A DNA stretch of 64,000 bases, from NCBI GenBank assembly GCA_964532405.1, contig CAZHIC010000007.1:6721-70720 (forward strand), read 5' to 3'. This DNA comes from an uncultured Gallionellaceae bacterium (lineage in GTDB: Bacteria; Pseudomonadota; Gammaproteobacteria; Burkholderiales; Gallionellaceae). A program made the translations under genes and the position numbers. This document shows, piece by piece, positions 53,622-64,000 of the stretch (positions are counted from its first letter, which is position 1; the number at the start of each line of letters is the position of its first letter). The notes beneath the pieces were generated by a model. It did no database searches and was not told the DNA's origin. It was given only the letters and a program-made list of their open reading frames with translations.

Positions 53622-53658
53622 CCAGAAAACCTGACAAGCGCAAGGTTTCTGGTTTTTT
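53622..53658 (+). terminator. Hairpin plus T6
   Basis: CCAGAAAACCT-N11-AGGTTTCTGG (one bulge) followed by TTTTTTA. Confidence 0.5.
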
Positions 53659-53743
53659 ATGTCTATACTATCCATGCCGCGCTATTATCGTCGGGTTGTT
53701 TGGCAGTTTGTGCTGGAGCGGTAAGCGTTAGGCGGGAGAGGCA

Positions 53744-53866
53744 ATGATTAAAGCTGTTTTGATAATGTTTCTGCTGGTCGTGATTGCTGGTTGCGGATGC
53801 CTACATCATGGCAAGGGCGATTGTCAGAAGGATTGTCGAGCTGCTAATGACGGAGCTGCGCCATAG
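53744..53866 (+). CDS. Candidate 40-aa lipoprotein
   Basis: GGGAGAGG Shine-Dalgarno. The sequence is MIKAVLIMFLLVVIAGCGCLHHGKGDCQKDCRAANDGAAP, with lipobox IAGC. It is below the track cutoff. Confidence 0.4.
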   Translation: MIKAVLIMFLLVVIAGCGCLHHGKGDCQKDCRAANDGAAP

Positions 53867-53941
53867 GAAGCTGTCGGTAAGGGACGAGCGATAGAGTTTT
53901 ATAGGCTCGACGATCACATTGCTAATGTACGGACGCGAGAA

Positions 53942-54433
53942 ATGGAGCGCCACTTGAAGATATTTATTTTGACCATCATTTTTTTAGTCGCAACTTCTGG
54001 GTATGCGGAAGAGTATGTTCAGCTTGAGGATGATAATTCCTCTGTTTCTGCACAAGAGTTGGCAACGGAGCAATGGATGAAAATGAGGCAGCAGCCGGAT
54101 TTAACGGAGACGTCGGGAACGGAGAGAAGTTCGGGGCTAATTAGAAAAACAGCGACTTCAAAAGTGAAAGCGTTGCCGAAATCGAAAACATCGAAAAATG
54201 TGAAGAGCTCTAATAAAAAAGAGAGTCTGGGCGATGCAGGTAAGGCTCCGGGTGAGACCGATAAAGCTCTAAGTGAGACCGATAAAGCAAAAAGTCCGGA
54301 GGATGCGGGTAAAGCCAAAGCTCCTGAGGGAGCAAGCAAGGCAAAGGCTCCAGAGGGGGCAAGTAAAATAAAGAGTTCAGCCGGAGCGGGCAAAAAAAAG
54401 AATCTGGACGAGACAAGTAAGCCAAAAGATTAA
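53942..54433 (+). CDS. Secreted Lys/Ser-rich repeat protein (163 aa)
   Basis: It has a signal peptide (ILTIIFLVATSGYA-EE). The low-complexity C-terminus carries tandem units SETDKA x2 and KAKAPEGASK x2. Confidence 0.55.
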   Translation: MERHLKIFILTIIFLVATSGYAEEYVQLEDDNSSVSAQELATEQWMKMRQQPDLTETSGTERSSGLIRKTATSKVKALPKSKTSKNVKSSNKKESLGDAGKAPGETDKALSETDKAKSPEDAGKAKAPEGASKAKAPEGASKIKSSAGAGKKKNLDETSKPKD

Positions 54434-54614
54434 CTCAATAAAATCGGCGCGCATAAACAACCCGCCATATAGAGTCGGGCGGGAAGATGGACGAAAAAGG
54501 ACGCAACGCATACAATGCGCACCATTGCACCGGATTGAATAGCCTCCCCCAGAGCAGCATGCAGCAATTTATGTTTCAAAATCGAATTTAACAGAATTCA
54601 CTTAAACAGTAAGT

Positions 54615-54655
54615 TGGCGCAACTATTCGATTGCAGCTGCGCCACTGGTTTTTTT
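54615..54655 (+). terminator. Hairpin plus T7 in the thrS leader (terminator or attenuator)
   Basis: TGGCGCA (54615-54621) pairs with TGCGCCA (54638-54644), followed by CTGG and T7 (54649-54655). It lies 43 nt before the thrS ATG. Confidence 0.4.
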
Positions 54656-54697
54656 GCGGCTATGCCGCATTTTCTTTTGATAGAGTCTCTAAAAAAT

Positions 54698-56593
54698 ATG
54701 CCAATCATCACCTTGCCGGATGGCTCACAACGCAGTTTTTCCAACCCGGTTACTGTGGCGGAGGTTGCGCAGAGCATCGGCGCCGGTCTCGCACGCGCAG
54801 CCTTGGCTGGCAAGGTGGACGGGCAGTTAGTCGATACCAGCCATCTCATCTCTACCGATGCGGCGCTGGCGATCCTCACCGACAAAGATGCTGACGGTCT
54901 CGATTTGATACGTCATTCAACGGCGCACTTGCTGGCTTATGCGGTGAAGGAGTTGTTCCCTGAAGCGCAAGTGACTATCGGCCCGATGATCGAGAACGGT
55001 TTCTATTACGACTTCGCCTATTCGCGTCCGTTCACGCCGGAGGACTTGGCTGCCATCGAGAAGCGTATGGCGGAGTTGGTAAAGCTCGATTTGCCGATAA
55101 CGCGCCGCGTGTTGCCGCGTGACGAGGCGGTGGCGTATTTCAAATCTATAGGCGAAAAGTACAAGGCCGAGATCATCGAGTCCATTCCCGCCGATCAGGA
55201 TGTGTCGCTGTATAGCGAGGGTGAGTTCACCGATCTGTGCCGCGGTCCGCATGTGCCTTCAACGGGCAAGCTCAAGGTGTTCAAGCTGATGAAGGTGGCC
55301 GGTGCGTATTGGCGCGGCGACTCCAAGAACGAGATGCTGCAACGCATCTACGGTACGGCTTGGGCGAAGAAGGAAGACCTTGATGCGTATTTGATGCGTT
55401 TGGAAGAGGCGGAGAAGCGCGACCACCGCAAGCTGGGCAAGCAACTCGATTTGTTCCACATGCAGGACGAAGCGCCGGGTATGGTGTTCTGGCACCCCAA
55501 GGGTTGGGCGATGTGGCAGGTGATCGAGCAGTACATGCGCCGTGTTTATCTGGACAACGGCTATCAGGAGATTCGCTGCCCACAGATTATCGACCGTGTG
55601 TTGTGGGAGAAATCCGGCCACTGGGAGCACTACAAGGCCAACATGTTCACCACCGAGTCGGAGAAACACGACTACGCCATCAAACCGATGAACTGTCCCG
55701 GCCACGTGCAAGTGTTCAACGCCGATTTGCGTTCGTATCGCGAGTTGCCGCTGCGCTACGGCGAGTTCGGTTCATGCCACCGCAACGAGCCGTCCGGCGG
55801 CTTGCATGGCCTGATGCGCGTGCGCGGTTTCGTGCAGGACGATGGTCATATTTTCTGTACTGAAGAGCAGATCGAATCCGAAGTGACGGCGTTCAATGCG
55901 CTGGTGCTGAAGGTGTACAAGGATTTCGGTTTCCACGATGTGGTGGTGAAGTTGGCATTGCGCCCTGAAGGTCGCGTGGGTTCCGACGACATCTGGGATA
56001 AGTCCGAGAACGCTTTGCGCGCCGCGTTGCGCGCTTCCGGGATGACATGGGAAGAGTTGCCGGGCGAGGGCGCGTTCTACGGTCCGAAGATCGAGTTTCA
56101 CATCAAGGACGCCATCGGACGCTCCTGGCAATGCGGTACGATTCAAGTGGACTTCTCCATGCCGGGGCGCTTGGGTGCCGAGTTTGTGGATGAAGACAAT
56201 ACCCGCAAGGTGCCGGTGATGTTGCACCGTGCGATCTTGGGTTCGCTGGAGCGTTTCATCGGCATTCTGGTGGAAAACCATGCCGGAGCTTTCCCGCTGT
56301 GGCTGGCACCGGTGCAGATGGTGGTGATGAATATCTCGCAAGCGCAGGAGGCCTATTCCGGGAAAGTGACCGAGACTTTGCGTGCAGCAGGCTTCCGCGT
56401 GCAATCGGATTTGCGCAACGAGAAGATTACCTATAAAATACGAGAACATAGCTTGCAGAAATTACCTTACCAACTGATTATCGGGGATAAGGAGATGGCA
56501 GCAAGTCTCGTGGCCGTGCGTAACCGTCAAGGTGAAGACCTTGGGCAGATGTCGGTGGAGGCGCTGGTTGAGCGCTTGAGAGCCGAGCTGTAA
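54698..56593 (+). CDS. thrS: Threonine--tRNA ligase
   Basis: It begins [12 protein letters not shown] (TGS domain) and contains [21 protein letters not shown], and class II motifs. I prefer ATG 54698. Confidence 0.97.
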   Translation: MPIITLPDGSQRSFSNPVTVAEVAQSIGAGLARAALAGKVDGQLVDTSHLISTDAALAILTDKDADGLDLIRHSTAHLLAYAVKELFPEAQVTIGPMIENGFYYDFAYSRPFTPEDLAAIEKRMAELVKLDLPITRRVLPRDEAVAYFKSIGEKYKAEIIESIPADQDVSLYSEGEFTDLCRGPHVPSTGKLKVFKLMKVAGAYWRGDSKNEMLQRIYGTAWAKKEDLDAYLMRLEEAEKRDHRKLGKQLDLFHMQDEAPGMVFWHPKGWAMWQVIEQYMRRVYLDNGYQEIRCPQIIDRVLWEKSGHWEHYKANMFTTESEKHDYAIKPMNCPGHVQVFNADLRSYRELPLRYGEFGSCHRNEPSGGLHGLMRVRGFVQDDGHIFCTEEQIESEVTAFNALVLKVYKDFGFHDVVVKLALRPEGRVGSDDIWDKSENALRAALRASGMTWEELPGEGAFYGPKIEFHIKDAIGRSWQCGTIQVDFSMPGRLGAEFVDEDNTRKVPVMLHRAILGSLERFIGILVENHAGAFPLWLAPVQMVVMNISQAQEAYSGKVTETLRAAGFRVQSDLRNEKITYKIREHSLQKLPYQLIIGDKEMAASLVAVRNRQGEDLGQMSVEALVERLRAEL

Positions 56594-56631
56594 CGGGCGC
56601 ACGGTTTAATTTTTTAAATGGAGAAATTGCA

Positions 56632-57150
56632 ATAGCACAAGATAAAGCACAGCGCATGAACGAGCAGATTACGGCACCCCAGGTGCGGCTCATAGGCGCG
56701 GAAGGAGAACAGCTCGGTGTCGTGGCAGTTGCGGAAGCACTGCGTTTGGCGGATGAGGCGGAATTGGATTTGGTGGAAATCGCACCGTTGGCGGAACCGC
56801 CAGTTTGCCGGATCATGGATATTGGCAAATTCAAATATGCGGAAGCCAAAAAACAACATGAAGCCAAGCTTAAGCAGAAGCAAGTTCAGATCAAGGAAGT
56901 CAAGTTCCGGCCTGGTACTGATGACGGGGACTACAACATCAAGTTGCGTAACCTGATCAAGTTTTTGGCCGATGGCGACAAAACCAAGATCACCTTGCGC
57001 TTCCGTGGACGCGAGATCGCTCACCAGCAGATCGGGATGCAATTGCTGGAGCGCGTGAAGCAGGATTTGATGGAGCACGGTGTGATTGAGCAATTTCCCA
57101 AGATGGAAGGGCGTCAGATGGTGATGGTGCTCAGCCCCAAGAAGAAGTAG
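56632..57150 (+). CDS. infC: Translation initiation factor IF-3, non-AUG start (ATA 56632 or ATT 56626)
   Basis: The in-frame sequence [24 protein letters not shown] extends the track ORF. GGAG at 56620-56623 is 8 nt before ATA. Confidence 0.9.
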   Translation: MAQDKAQRMNEQITAPQVRLIGAEGEQLGVVAVAEALRLADEAELDLVEIAPLAEPPVCRIMDIGKFKYAEAKKQHEAKLKQKQVQIKEVKFRPGTDDGDYNIKLRNLIKFLADGDKTKITLRFRGREIAHQQIGMQLLERVKQDLMEHGVIEQFPKMEGRQMVMVLSPKKK

Positions 57151-57154
57151 TTTG

Positions 57155-57176
57155 GTAGGTCGGGTTTTAACCCGAC
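57155..57176 (+). repeat. GTAG-headed REP
   Basis: GTAG-GTCGGGTT-TT-AACCCGAC, just after the infC stop. Confidence 0.7.
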
Positions 57177-57316
57177 AAGAATTATAGTTAACGCTGCGTC
57201 AAATTAAGGGGGCTGGCTGATGCAGTGTAGTAGTAATCAGTCCCGTACAAGTGGTTCCGGGTTTTCAAGTGTTTCTGTCAGAAACCTCCCGGCGTCATCA
57301 AATAAAAGGAGTTGTC

Positions 57317-57514
57317 ATGCCAAAAATGAAAACAAAAAGCGGTGCAAAAAAACGCTTTATTGTTCGTGCCGGCGGAAGCATCAAGCGTTCGCAAGCCTTC
57401 AAACGTCACATTTTGACCAAGAAGACTACCAAGACCAAACGTCAGTTGCGTGGTACGACTGAAGTTCACGCATCCAACAAGGCGTCTGTTCGCGCCATGA
57501 TGCCCTACGCTTAA
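57317..57514 (+). CDS. rpmI: 50S ribosomal protein L35
   Basis: Begins [14 protein letters not shown]... Confidence 0.97.
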   Translation: MPKMKTKSGAKKRFIVRAGGSIKRSQAFKRHILTKKTTKTKRQLRGTTEVHASNKASVRAMMPYA

Positions 57515-57526
57515 GGAGTATAGAGA

Positions 57527-57886
57527 ATGCCAAGAGTAAAACGTGGTGTAACGGCGCGCGCGCGCCATAAAAAGGTTTTAGCCCTCGCTAAAGGTTATCG
57601 CGGTCGCCGCAAGAACGTCTATCGCATCGCTAAAGAAGCGGTAATGAAGGCGGGACAATATGCTTACCGTGACCGTCGTCAAAGGAAGCGTCAGTTCCGC
57701 ACTCTGTGGATTGCACGTATCAATGCGGCTGCACGTGAGATGGGCCTGCCTTACAGCGTGTTCATGAACGGCTTGAAGAAAGCTTCGATTGAGATCGACC
57801 GCAAGGTATTGGCCGATCTGGCCGTGTTCGACAAAGCTGCTTTTGCGCAAATTTTTGCACAAGCCAAAGCCAGCCTCGGCGCGTAA
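57527..57886 (+). CDS. rplT: 50S ribosomal protein L20
   Basis: Begins [18 protein letters not shown]... Confidence 0.97.
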   Translation: MPRVKRGVTARARHKKVLALAKGYRGRRKNVYRIAKEAVMKAGQYAYRDRRQRKRQFRTLWIARINAAAREMGLPYSVFMNGLKKASIEIDRKVLADLAVFDKAAFAQIFAQAKASLGA

Positions 57887-58990
<1,104 letters not shown>

Positions 58991-58996
58991 TCCGCT

Positions 58997-61351
58997 ATGA
59001 AATTTTCCGAATCCTGGTTGCGTACTCTGGCGAACCCGTCGCTGTCTAGCGAGGCGTTGTCGCACCTGTTGACTATGGCAGGGCTGGAAGTCGAAGAGAT
59101 GGTGGGCGTTGCGCCCGCGTTCGACAAAGTGGTGGTGGCTCAAGTGTTGAGCAAAGAAAAACATCCCGATGCAGATCGTTTGAATCTGCTCAGCGTGGAT
59201 GTCGGTCTGGCTGAACCGTTGGCTATCGTGTGCGGTGCGCAGAACGTGACCGTGGGCATGAAAGCCCCTTGTGCGCTGGTCGGCGCAAAGTTGCCCGGCA
59301 TCGAAATCAAACAAGCCAAAGTGCGCGGCATCGCCTCGTTCGGCATGATGTGTTCGTCCAAAGAACTCGGCTTGGCGGAAGAGAGCAGCGGTCTGCTGGA
59401 GTTGGCAGACGATGCAATTGTGGGGCAGAGCATCCGCGCGCATCTCGATCTCGATGACCATCTGCTTACGCTTAAGCTCACACCTAATCGTTGCGATTGT
59501 CTATCCTTGAATGGTATCGCCCGCGAAGTGGCAGGATTGACTGGTTCAGCGTTGCAAGCCATTCCGGCAGCTTCTTTCAAACAAACTGGCACGCAGAGTC
59601 GCAAGGTCACCGTGACCGCATCCGCTGCATGTCCGCGTTATAGCGGACGCGTGATCTCCGGCGTGAGCGCCAAGGCGGCAACGCCTGCTTGGATGGCGCA
59701 ACGCTTGGAGCGTTGCGGTCTGCGCAGTATCAGCGCGCTGGTGGATGTGACCAACTACGTGCTGCTCGAATTGGGACAGCCGCTGCATGCTTTTGATCAA
59801 AGTAAGTTAAGCGGCGACATCGAAGTGCGTTTCGCGCGTGTCGGAGAAAAGCTGAAGTTGCTGAACGAGCAGGTAGTGGATTTGCAGGAAGACATGCTGG
59901 TGATCGCCGATGCCAAGGGTGTTGTTGCACTCGCCGGTGTGATGGGTGGTGCGGATAGCGCGGTGGACGATGCGACCACCGACATCTTCCTTGAGAGCGC
60001 GTTCTTTGCACCGGGTGTGATCGTCGGCAAATCGCGCCGCCTTGGTTTTGCTTCCGACTCGTCTTATCGTTTCGAGCGCGGTGTGGATTTCGCATCCACG
60101 CAAGTTGCATTGGATCGCGCCACGCAATTGATCCTCGACATCTGCGGCGGACAAGCGGGCGCCGTGACGGAAGTGCAAAGCGCATTGCCAGTGCGTCATG
60201 CGGTGAAGCTGCGCACCTCGCGTGTACTGCGCGTGTTGGGTGTTGCATTGGCGGCGGATGAAATCGCGCGGATACTGGCTTGCTTGGGCATGGTGTTCCA
60301 GCAGCAGGGAGACGAGTTCTCGGTAACGCCACCCAGCTATCGTTTCGACATCGCTATCGAAGAAGACCTGATCGAAGAAATCGCACGCGTACACGGCTAC
60401 GAAAGAATTCAGCCGGCACCGATACAAGCGCGCATGAGTATCTTGCCGCAGGCCGGGGCGCAACGTCCGTTGGCGAAACTGCGTCAGGCCATGGTGCTAC
60501 GCGATTATCAGGAAGCGATCAATTACGCTTTTGTCGAAGCGGCGTGGGAGCGTGATTTATGCGGCAATGCCGCGCCCATCGCATTGAAGAATCCCATCGC
60601 CAGCCAGATGAGCGTGATGCGCAGCAGCTTGCTGGGCGGCTTGCTCGGCGCGTTGCGTACCAACCTCGCACGCAAGCAGCCGCGCGTGCGCCTGTTCGAG
60701 GTGGGCGGCTGCTTTGCCGCCGAGGCGGGCAGCTATGTGCAGCATGAGCGTCTGGCCGGATTGGCCTATGGCTCGGTCTTGTCCGAACAGTGGGGAGCCG
60801 CCGCGCGCAACGTGGATTTCTACGACGTCAAGGGTGATGTTGAAGCTTTGTTCGCGCCGCGCAGCTTGAGTTTTGCAGCGGCGGTACATTCGGCTTCGCA
60901 TCCGGGGCGTTCCGCACGCATCCTGTTGGATGGTAAAGCCATCGGCTGGATCGGCGAATTGCATCCGCAATGGCAGCAACAATACGACTTGCCGCAGTCG
61001 GTGGTATGGTTTGAGGTCGAGTTGGCCGCGTTGATGGCGGATCGTGTGCCATCGGCCAGTGAAGTCTCAAAGTTGCCGCCGGTGCGCCGCGATCTGGCCG
61101 TGGTGGTCGATGAACAGGTGACTGTGCAAAGTCTGTTGACTGCATTGCAGGGCGACAAAGCGCCGTTTGTGGTGGAGTTGGGATTGTTCGATGTGTATCG
61201 CGGCAAAGGCGTAGAGGAAGGTAAAAAAAGCCTTGCTTTCCGCGTGTTATTGCAAGATACTCAAAAAACTTTGAATGAAATCGAGATTGACCAAAGCATC
61301 GCGCGGCTGGTGGCAGTGTTGCAGCAACATGGCGCGCAAATGCGGGTTTAA
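58997..61351 (+). CDS. pheT: Phenylalanine--tRNA ligase beta subunit
   Basis: It is 784 aa, begins MKFSESWLR, and has tRNA-binding, B3/4, B5 and FDX-ACB regions. Confidence 0.97.
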   Translation: MKFSESWLRTLANPSLSSEALSHLLTMAGLEVEEMVGVAPAFDKVVVAQVLSKEKHPDADRLNLLSVDVGLAEPLAIVCGAQNVTVGMKAPCALVGAKLPGIEIKQAKVRGIASFGMMCSSKELGLAEESSGLLELADDAIVGQSIRAHLDLDDHLLTLKLTPNRCDCLSLNGIAREVAGLTGSALQAIPAASFKQTGTQSRKVTVTASAACPRYSGRVISGVSAKAATPAWMAQRLERCGLRSISALVDVTNYVLLELGQPLHAFDQSKLSGDIEVRFARVGEKLKLLNEQVVDLQEDMLVIADAKGVVALAGVMGGADSAVDDATTDIFLESAFFAPGVIVGKSRRLGFASDSSYRFERGVDFASTQVALDRATQLILDICGGQAGAVTEVQSALPVRHAVKLRTSRVLRVLGVALAADEIARILACLGMVFQQQGDEFSVTPPSYRFDIAIEEDLIEEIARVHGYERIQPAPIQARMSILPQAGAQRPLAKLRQAMVLRDYQEAINYAFVEAAWERDLCGNAAPIALKNPIASQMSVMRSSLLGGLLGALRTNLARKQPRVRLFEVGGCFAAEAGSYVQHERLAGLAYGSVLSEQWGAAARNVDFYDVKGDVEALFAPRSLSFAAAVHSASHPGRSARILLDGKAIGWIGELHPQWQQQYDLPQSVVWFEVELAALMADRVPSASEVSKLPPVRRDLAVVVDEQVTVQSLLTALQGDKAPFVVELGLFDVYRGKGVEEGKKSLAFRVLLQDTQKTLNEIEIDQSIARLVAVLQQHGAQMRV

Positions 61352-61360
61352 GAGGAAGAA

Positions 61361-61669
61361 ATGACGACATTAACAAAAGCAGAGTTGGCCGACTTGTTGT
61401 TTGAAAAAGTAGGCTTGAATAAACGCGAAGCCAAAGACATGGTGGAAGCGTTCTTTGAAGAAATACGTATGCAGCTCGAAGCGGGCGAAACCGTCAAGCT
61501 GTCCGGTTTTGGTAATTTTCAATTGCGCGACAAGCCGCAACGCCCGGGCCGCAATCCGAAGACAGGCGAAGAAATTCCCATCACTGCGCGCCGCGTGGTT
61601 ACATTCCATCCCAGCCAGAAGCTCAAGAGCATGGTAGAGAAGACCTATCATGGAACAGCACGTACCTAA
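61361..61669 (+). CDS. ihfA: Integration host factor alpha subunit
   Basis: Contains [32 protein letters not shown]...[26 protein letters not shown]. Confidence 0.95.
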   Translation: MTTLTKAELADLLFEKVGLNKREAKDMVEAFFEEIRMQLEAGETVKLSGFGNFQLRDKPQRPGRNPKTGEEIPITARRVVTFHPSQKLKSMVEKTYHGTART

Positions 61670-62021
61670 TTCAGCGTTGCCGCCGATCCCCGCTAAGCGT
61701 TACTTCACCATCGGTGAAGTGAGCGAGCTGTGCGGCGTCAAGGCGCACGTCTTGCGTTACTGGGAACAGGAATTTACTCAGCTCAAGCCGGTTAAACGCG
61801 GCGGTAATCGCCGTTATTACCAGCACCATGAAGTATTACTCATCCGCCGCATCCGCCAGTTGCTTTATGAAGATGGGTTCACCATCAGCGGCGCGCGCAG
61901 CCGTCTGGATCAGCAAGTCACCAAGCAGGTGGAAACAGCACCCGTGGTGAGCAAGGCAGCTTTCAACGTCAACGAACTGCGTCGCGATATCCACGAGGTG
62001 CTCGCCTTGTTGCAAGCGTGA
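61650..62021 (+). CDS. MerR-family transcriptional regulator
   Basis: Contains [25 protein letters not shown]...RYY. It has the conserved position after ihfA and overlaps ihfA by 20 nt. Confidence 0.85.
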   Translation: MEQHVPNSALPPIPAKRYFTIGEVSELCGVKAHVLRYWEQEFTQLKPVKRGGNRRYYQHHEVLLIRRIRQLLYEDGFTISGARSRLDQQVTKQVETAPVVSKAAFNVNELRRDIHEVLALLQA

Positions 62022-62051
62022 TGTTGTGCGGAGAGATTGTTCCTAAAATTT

Positions 62052-62080
62052 CTTCAAGGAATATTTCGCTCTGCTATAAT
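62052..62080 (+). promoter_or_regulatory. Candidate sigma70 promoter of tRNA-Pro
   Basis: TATAAT lies at 62075-62080, with TTCAAG 16 nt upstream and a GC-rich discriminator. The tRNA starts 10 nt after the -10 box. Confidence 0.5.
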
Positions 62081-62089
62081 CCGCGCCCT

Positions 62090-62166
62090 CGGGGCGTAGC
62101 GCAGCCTGGTAGCGTACTAGTCTGGGGGACTAGTGGTCGCAGGTTCAAATCCTGTCGCCCCGACCA
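62090..62166 (+). tRNA. tRNA-Pro (anticodon GGG)
   Basis: I folded the cloverleaf by eye. The acceptor stem is CGGGGCG/CGCCCCG and the anticodon stem is CTAGT/ACTAG with loop CTGGGGG. The T arm is GCAGG-TTCAAAT-CCTGT, and the encoded 3' end is ACCA. Confidence 0.9.
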
Positions 62167-62219
62167 GAATTATTTCTCCCCGTTTTCTCTCCTGATTTTA
62201 TTGAAAATCCTTAGTTCAG

Positions 62220-62969
62220 ATGCGTATTCTGCTTAGTAACGATGATGGTTATTTCGCACCGGGGCTAGCCTGTCTGGCGACGCATCTGTCCGCAATCGCC
62301 GATATCGTTGTGGTGGCACCGGAGCGCGACCGTAGCGGTGCGAGCAATTCCCTTACGCTTGATCGTCCTCTTAATCTGCGCCGTGCCGCGAGCGGCTTTT
62401 ATTATGTGAATGGCACGCCTACCGATTGCGTGCATTTGGCGGTCACAGGCATGCTGGACTATCAGCCGGACATGGTTATCTCCGGCATCAATTCCGGTGC
62501 CAACATGGGCGACGATACGATCTACTCCGGCACGGTCGCTGCGGCCACCGAAGGCTTTTTGCTGGGCATCCCCGCCATTGCCGTTTCGCTGGCAGGGCAT
62601 GATCTGGAGCATTACGAAACGGCCGCACGCGTGGTGGTTGATCTGGTGCATCGTTTTGAAAAGAATATTCATACCGCGCCCTGGCTGCTCAATGTGAATG
62701 TGCCGGATATCGTTCACGAGCAACTGCAAGGGATCGAGGTGACCCGCTTGGGCAAGCGCCACAAAGCCGAGCCTGTTGTTAAAGCGAATAATCCGCACGG
62801 GCAGACCGTGTATTGGGTAGGAGCGGCGGGTAAGGCGCAGGATGCGGGAGAGGGCACGGATTTTTGCGCGATTGCGAATCGCCGCGTGTCGGTCACGCCG
62901 TTGCAGGTCGACCTCACACAATACACGCAACTAGACGCAGTGCGGGCATGGATGGGGGCTGCTGTATGA
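62220..62969 (+). CDS. surE: 5'/3'-nucleotidase SurE
   Basis: Contains [26 protein letters not shown] and YSGTVAAA. Confidence 0.95.
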   Translation: MRILLSNDDGYFAPGLACLATHLSAIADIVVVAPERDRSGASNSLTLDRPLNLRRAASGFYYVNGTPTDCVHLAVTGMLDYQPDMVISGINSGANMGDDTIYSGTVAAATEGFLLGIPAIAVSLAGHDLEHYETAARVVVDLVHRFEKNIHTAPWLLNVNVPDIVHEQLQGIEVTRLGKRHKAEPVVKANNPHGQTVYWVGAAGKAQDAGEGTDFCAIANRRVSVTPLQVDLTQYTQLDAVRAWMGAAV

Positions 62970-63622
62970 ACGTCCGTCACGCAGGCATCGGCATGACTTC
63001 GCCGCGTACCCGTGGGCGTATGATCGAGCGTTTGCGCAACCAGGGTATCCGGGACGAAGTGGTATTGGCCGCGATGAATGCTATTCCGCGCCACATTTTT
63101 GTCGATGAAGCCTTGGCTAGTCGCGCTTACGACGACGTGTCATTACCTATCGGTCACGCGCAAACCATTTCTCAACCGTACATCGTGGCGCGCATGATAG
63201 AGATGCTGCGCAACGGCGGGCAATTGAATCGCGTATTGGAGATCGGTACCGGCTGCGGTTATCAGGCTGCGGTGCTGGGGCAGGTGGCACGCGAAGTCTA
63301 TTCCGTGGAGCGTATCCAGCCTTTATATAAACGTGCGCTGAATTCGCTGAAAGAATTGCAGGCGAAAAATGTGGTGTTGAGTTATGCCGATGGCACGATG
63401 GGACGCCCCGAGATTGCGCCGTTCGACGGTATCATCATGGCGGCAGCCGCGACGCATGTGCCACAGGCACTGTTGGAGCAGCTTGCGGTAGGCGGTAGAA
63501 TGGTGTTGCCGCTGGGCGCGCAAGAACAATTTTTGACTCTGATCGAGCGCGACGAAAATGGATTCACCGAAAGCCGTTTGGAAGCGGTGAATTTCGTGCC
63601 TATATTGACGGGAAAAACATGA
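62966..63622 (+). CDS. pcm: Protein-L-isoaspartate O-methyltransferase
   Basis: Contains [11 protein letters not shown] and [19 protein letters not shown] overlap with surE; I prefer ATG 62966. Confidence 0.95.
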   Translation: MNVRHAGIGMTSPRTRGRMIERLRNQGIRDEVVLAAMNAIPRHIFVDEALASRAYDDVSLPIGHAQTISQPYIVARMIEMLRNGGQLNRVLEIGTGCGYQAAVLGQVAREVYSVERIQPLYKRALNSLKELQAKNVVLSYADGTMGRPEIAPFDGIIMAAAATHVPQALLEQLAVGGRMVLPLGAQEQFLTLIERDENGFTESRLEAVNFVPILTGKT

Positions 63623-64000
63623 TAGTTCCAGATGTGAAAAGCAGGTCAATCGCTAAGCAAATTGCGCTATGGTCGTTGCTGGCAACTGCGGCCATCGTTG
63701 TCGCAGGGTGTAAAACGCACACTAGTCGGCGCGCCCCCATTGTGGAGTACGGCGTGGAAATAAGAAAGCCTGCGTCAACTGCTGCTGTGCAAGCAAAGAG
63801 AGTCGTTGCACCTAGCGGGGCGAGTTATGTGGTGCAAAAAGGCGACACGATGTACAGCATCGCCTTCATCAACGGTGTTGAAGTTCGCGATGTGGCCGAG
63901 TTGAACAACATCGATGATCCCAGCGCGATACAGATCGGGCAGCAATTAAGCATTCCCGCTCCCCGCGCAATAAAAATTGCCGAGAAAAGACTTCCGGCTC
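63619..64000 (+). CDS. nlpD: NlpD-like lipoprotein with a LysM domain; runs off the right edge
   Basis: Absent from the ORF track because there is no stop in the window. My translation gives [33 protein letters not shown] (lipobox)...[44 protein letters not shown] (LysM). The order is surE-pcm-nlpD. Confidence 0.8.
   Translation, partial: MIVPDVKSRSIAKQIALWSLLATAAIVVAGCKTHTSRRAPIVEYGVEIRKPASTAAVQAKRVVAPSGASYVVQKGDTMYSIAFINGVEVRDVAELNNIDDPSAIQIGQQLSIPAPRAIKIAEKRLPA

Noticed and set aside
62018-62236. 72-aa ORF
   Set aside because: It overlaps the tRNA-Pro gene and its promoter. The tRNA cloverleaf explains the sequence.

Overview
This is a 64-kb chromosomal window of about 58-62% GC. Gene order and REP content look betaproteobacterial, possibly Nitrosomonadales-like, but that is inference only. 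Most of it is conserved housekeeping on the + strand:
- glycogen / oxidative pentose-phosphate cluster (glgC, GH57, malQ, pgl, gnd, zwf, glk)
- lepA-lepB-DUF4845-rnc-era
- gyrA followed by a serine/aromatic supra-operon (serC-serA-pheA-hisC-aroF-tyrA-aroA)
- hisS-yfgM-bamB-der
- hfq-hflX-hflK-hflC-hisZ-purA
- thrS-infC-rpmI-rplT-pheS-pheT-ihfA-merR-tRNA-Pro
- surE-pcm-nlpD

Accessory content:
1. A roughly 7-kb, partly low-GC island lies between era and gyrA. It holds mostly broken conflict modules: an MmeI-like R-M enzyme with deletions and frameshifts, an unknown gene and a higB toxin each stopped by an in-frame TGA, intact higA, a GNAT-toxin stub, a decayed IS630 and intact vapBC. It also holds a secreted-protein/3-TM-protein pair associated with a G14 homopolymer and a diverged direct repeat.
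2. A two-gene cassette (AlbA_2/HATPase_c_4 protein plus ParA-like ATPase) starts 5 nt after the gyrA stop.
3. A roughly 41% GC two-gene cassette (HipA/PI3K-like kinase fold plus DUF3037-like protein) sits between tyrA and aroA. This is my top candidate for an uncharacterised system.
4. A secreted LAS-type metallopeptidase has a small secreted partner.
5. IS3 and IS4 stubs lie downstream of purA.

Several families of small palindromic REP/MITE elements are scattered through the window, and some are inserted in frame inside coding sequence, including aroA. I found no CRISPR array, no rRNA and only one tRNA.

The supplied ORF track omits two real genes whose stop codons lie outside the window: the DEAD-box helicase at 1-1032 (-) and nlpD at 63619-64000 (+). 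Many long track ORFs are antisense artefacts of a GC-rich genome. All homology statements come from my own motif recognition. No searches were run.
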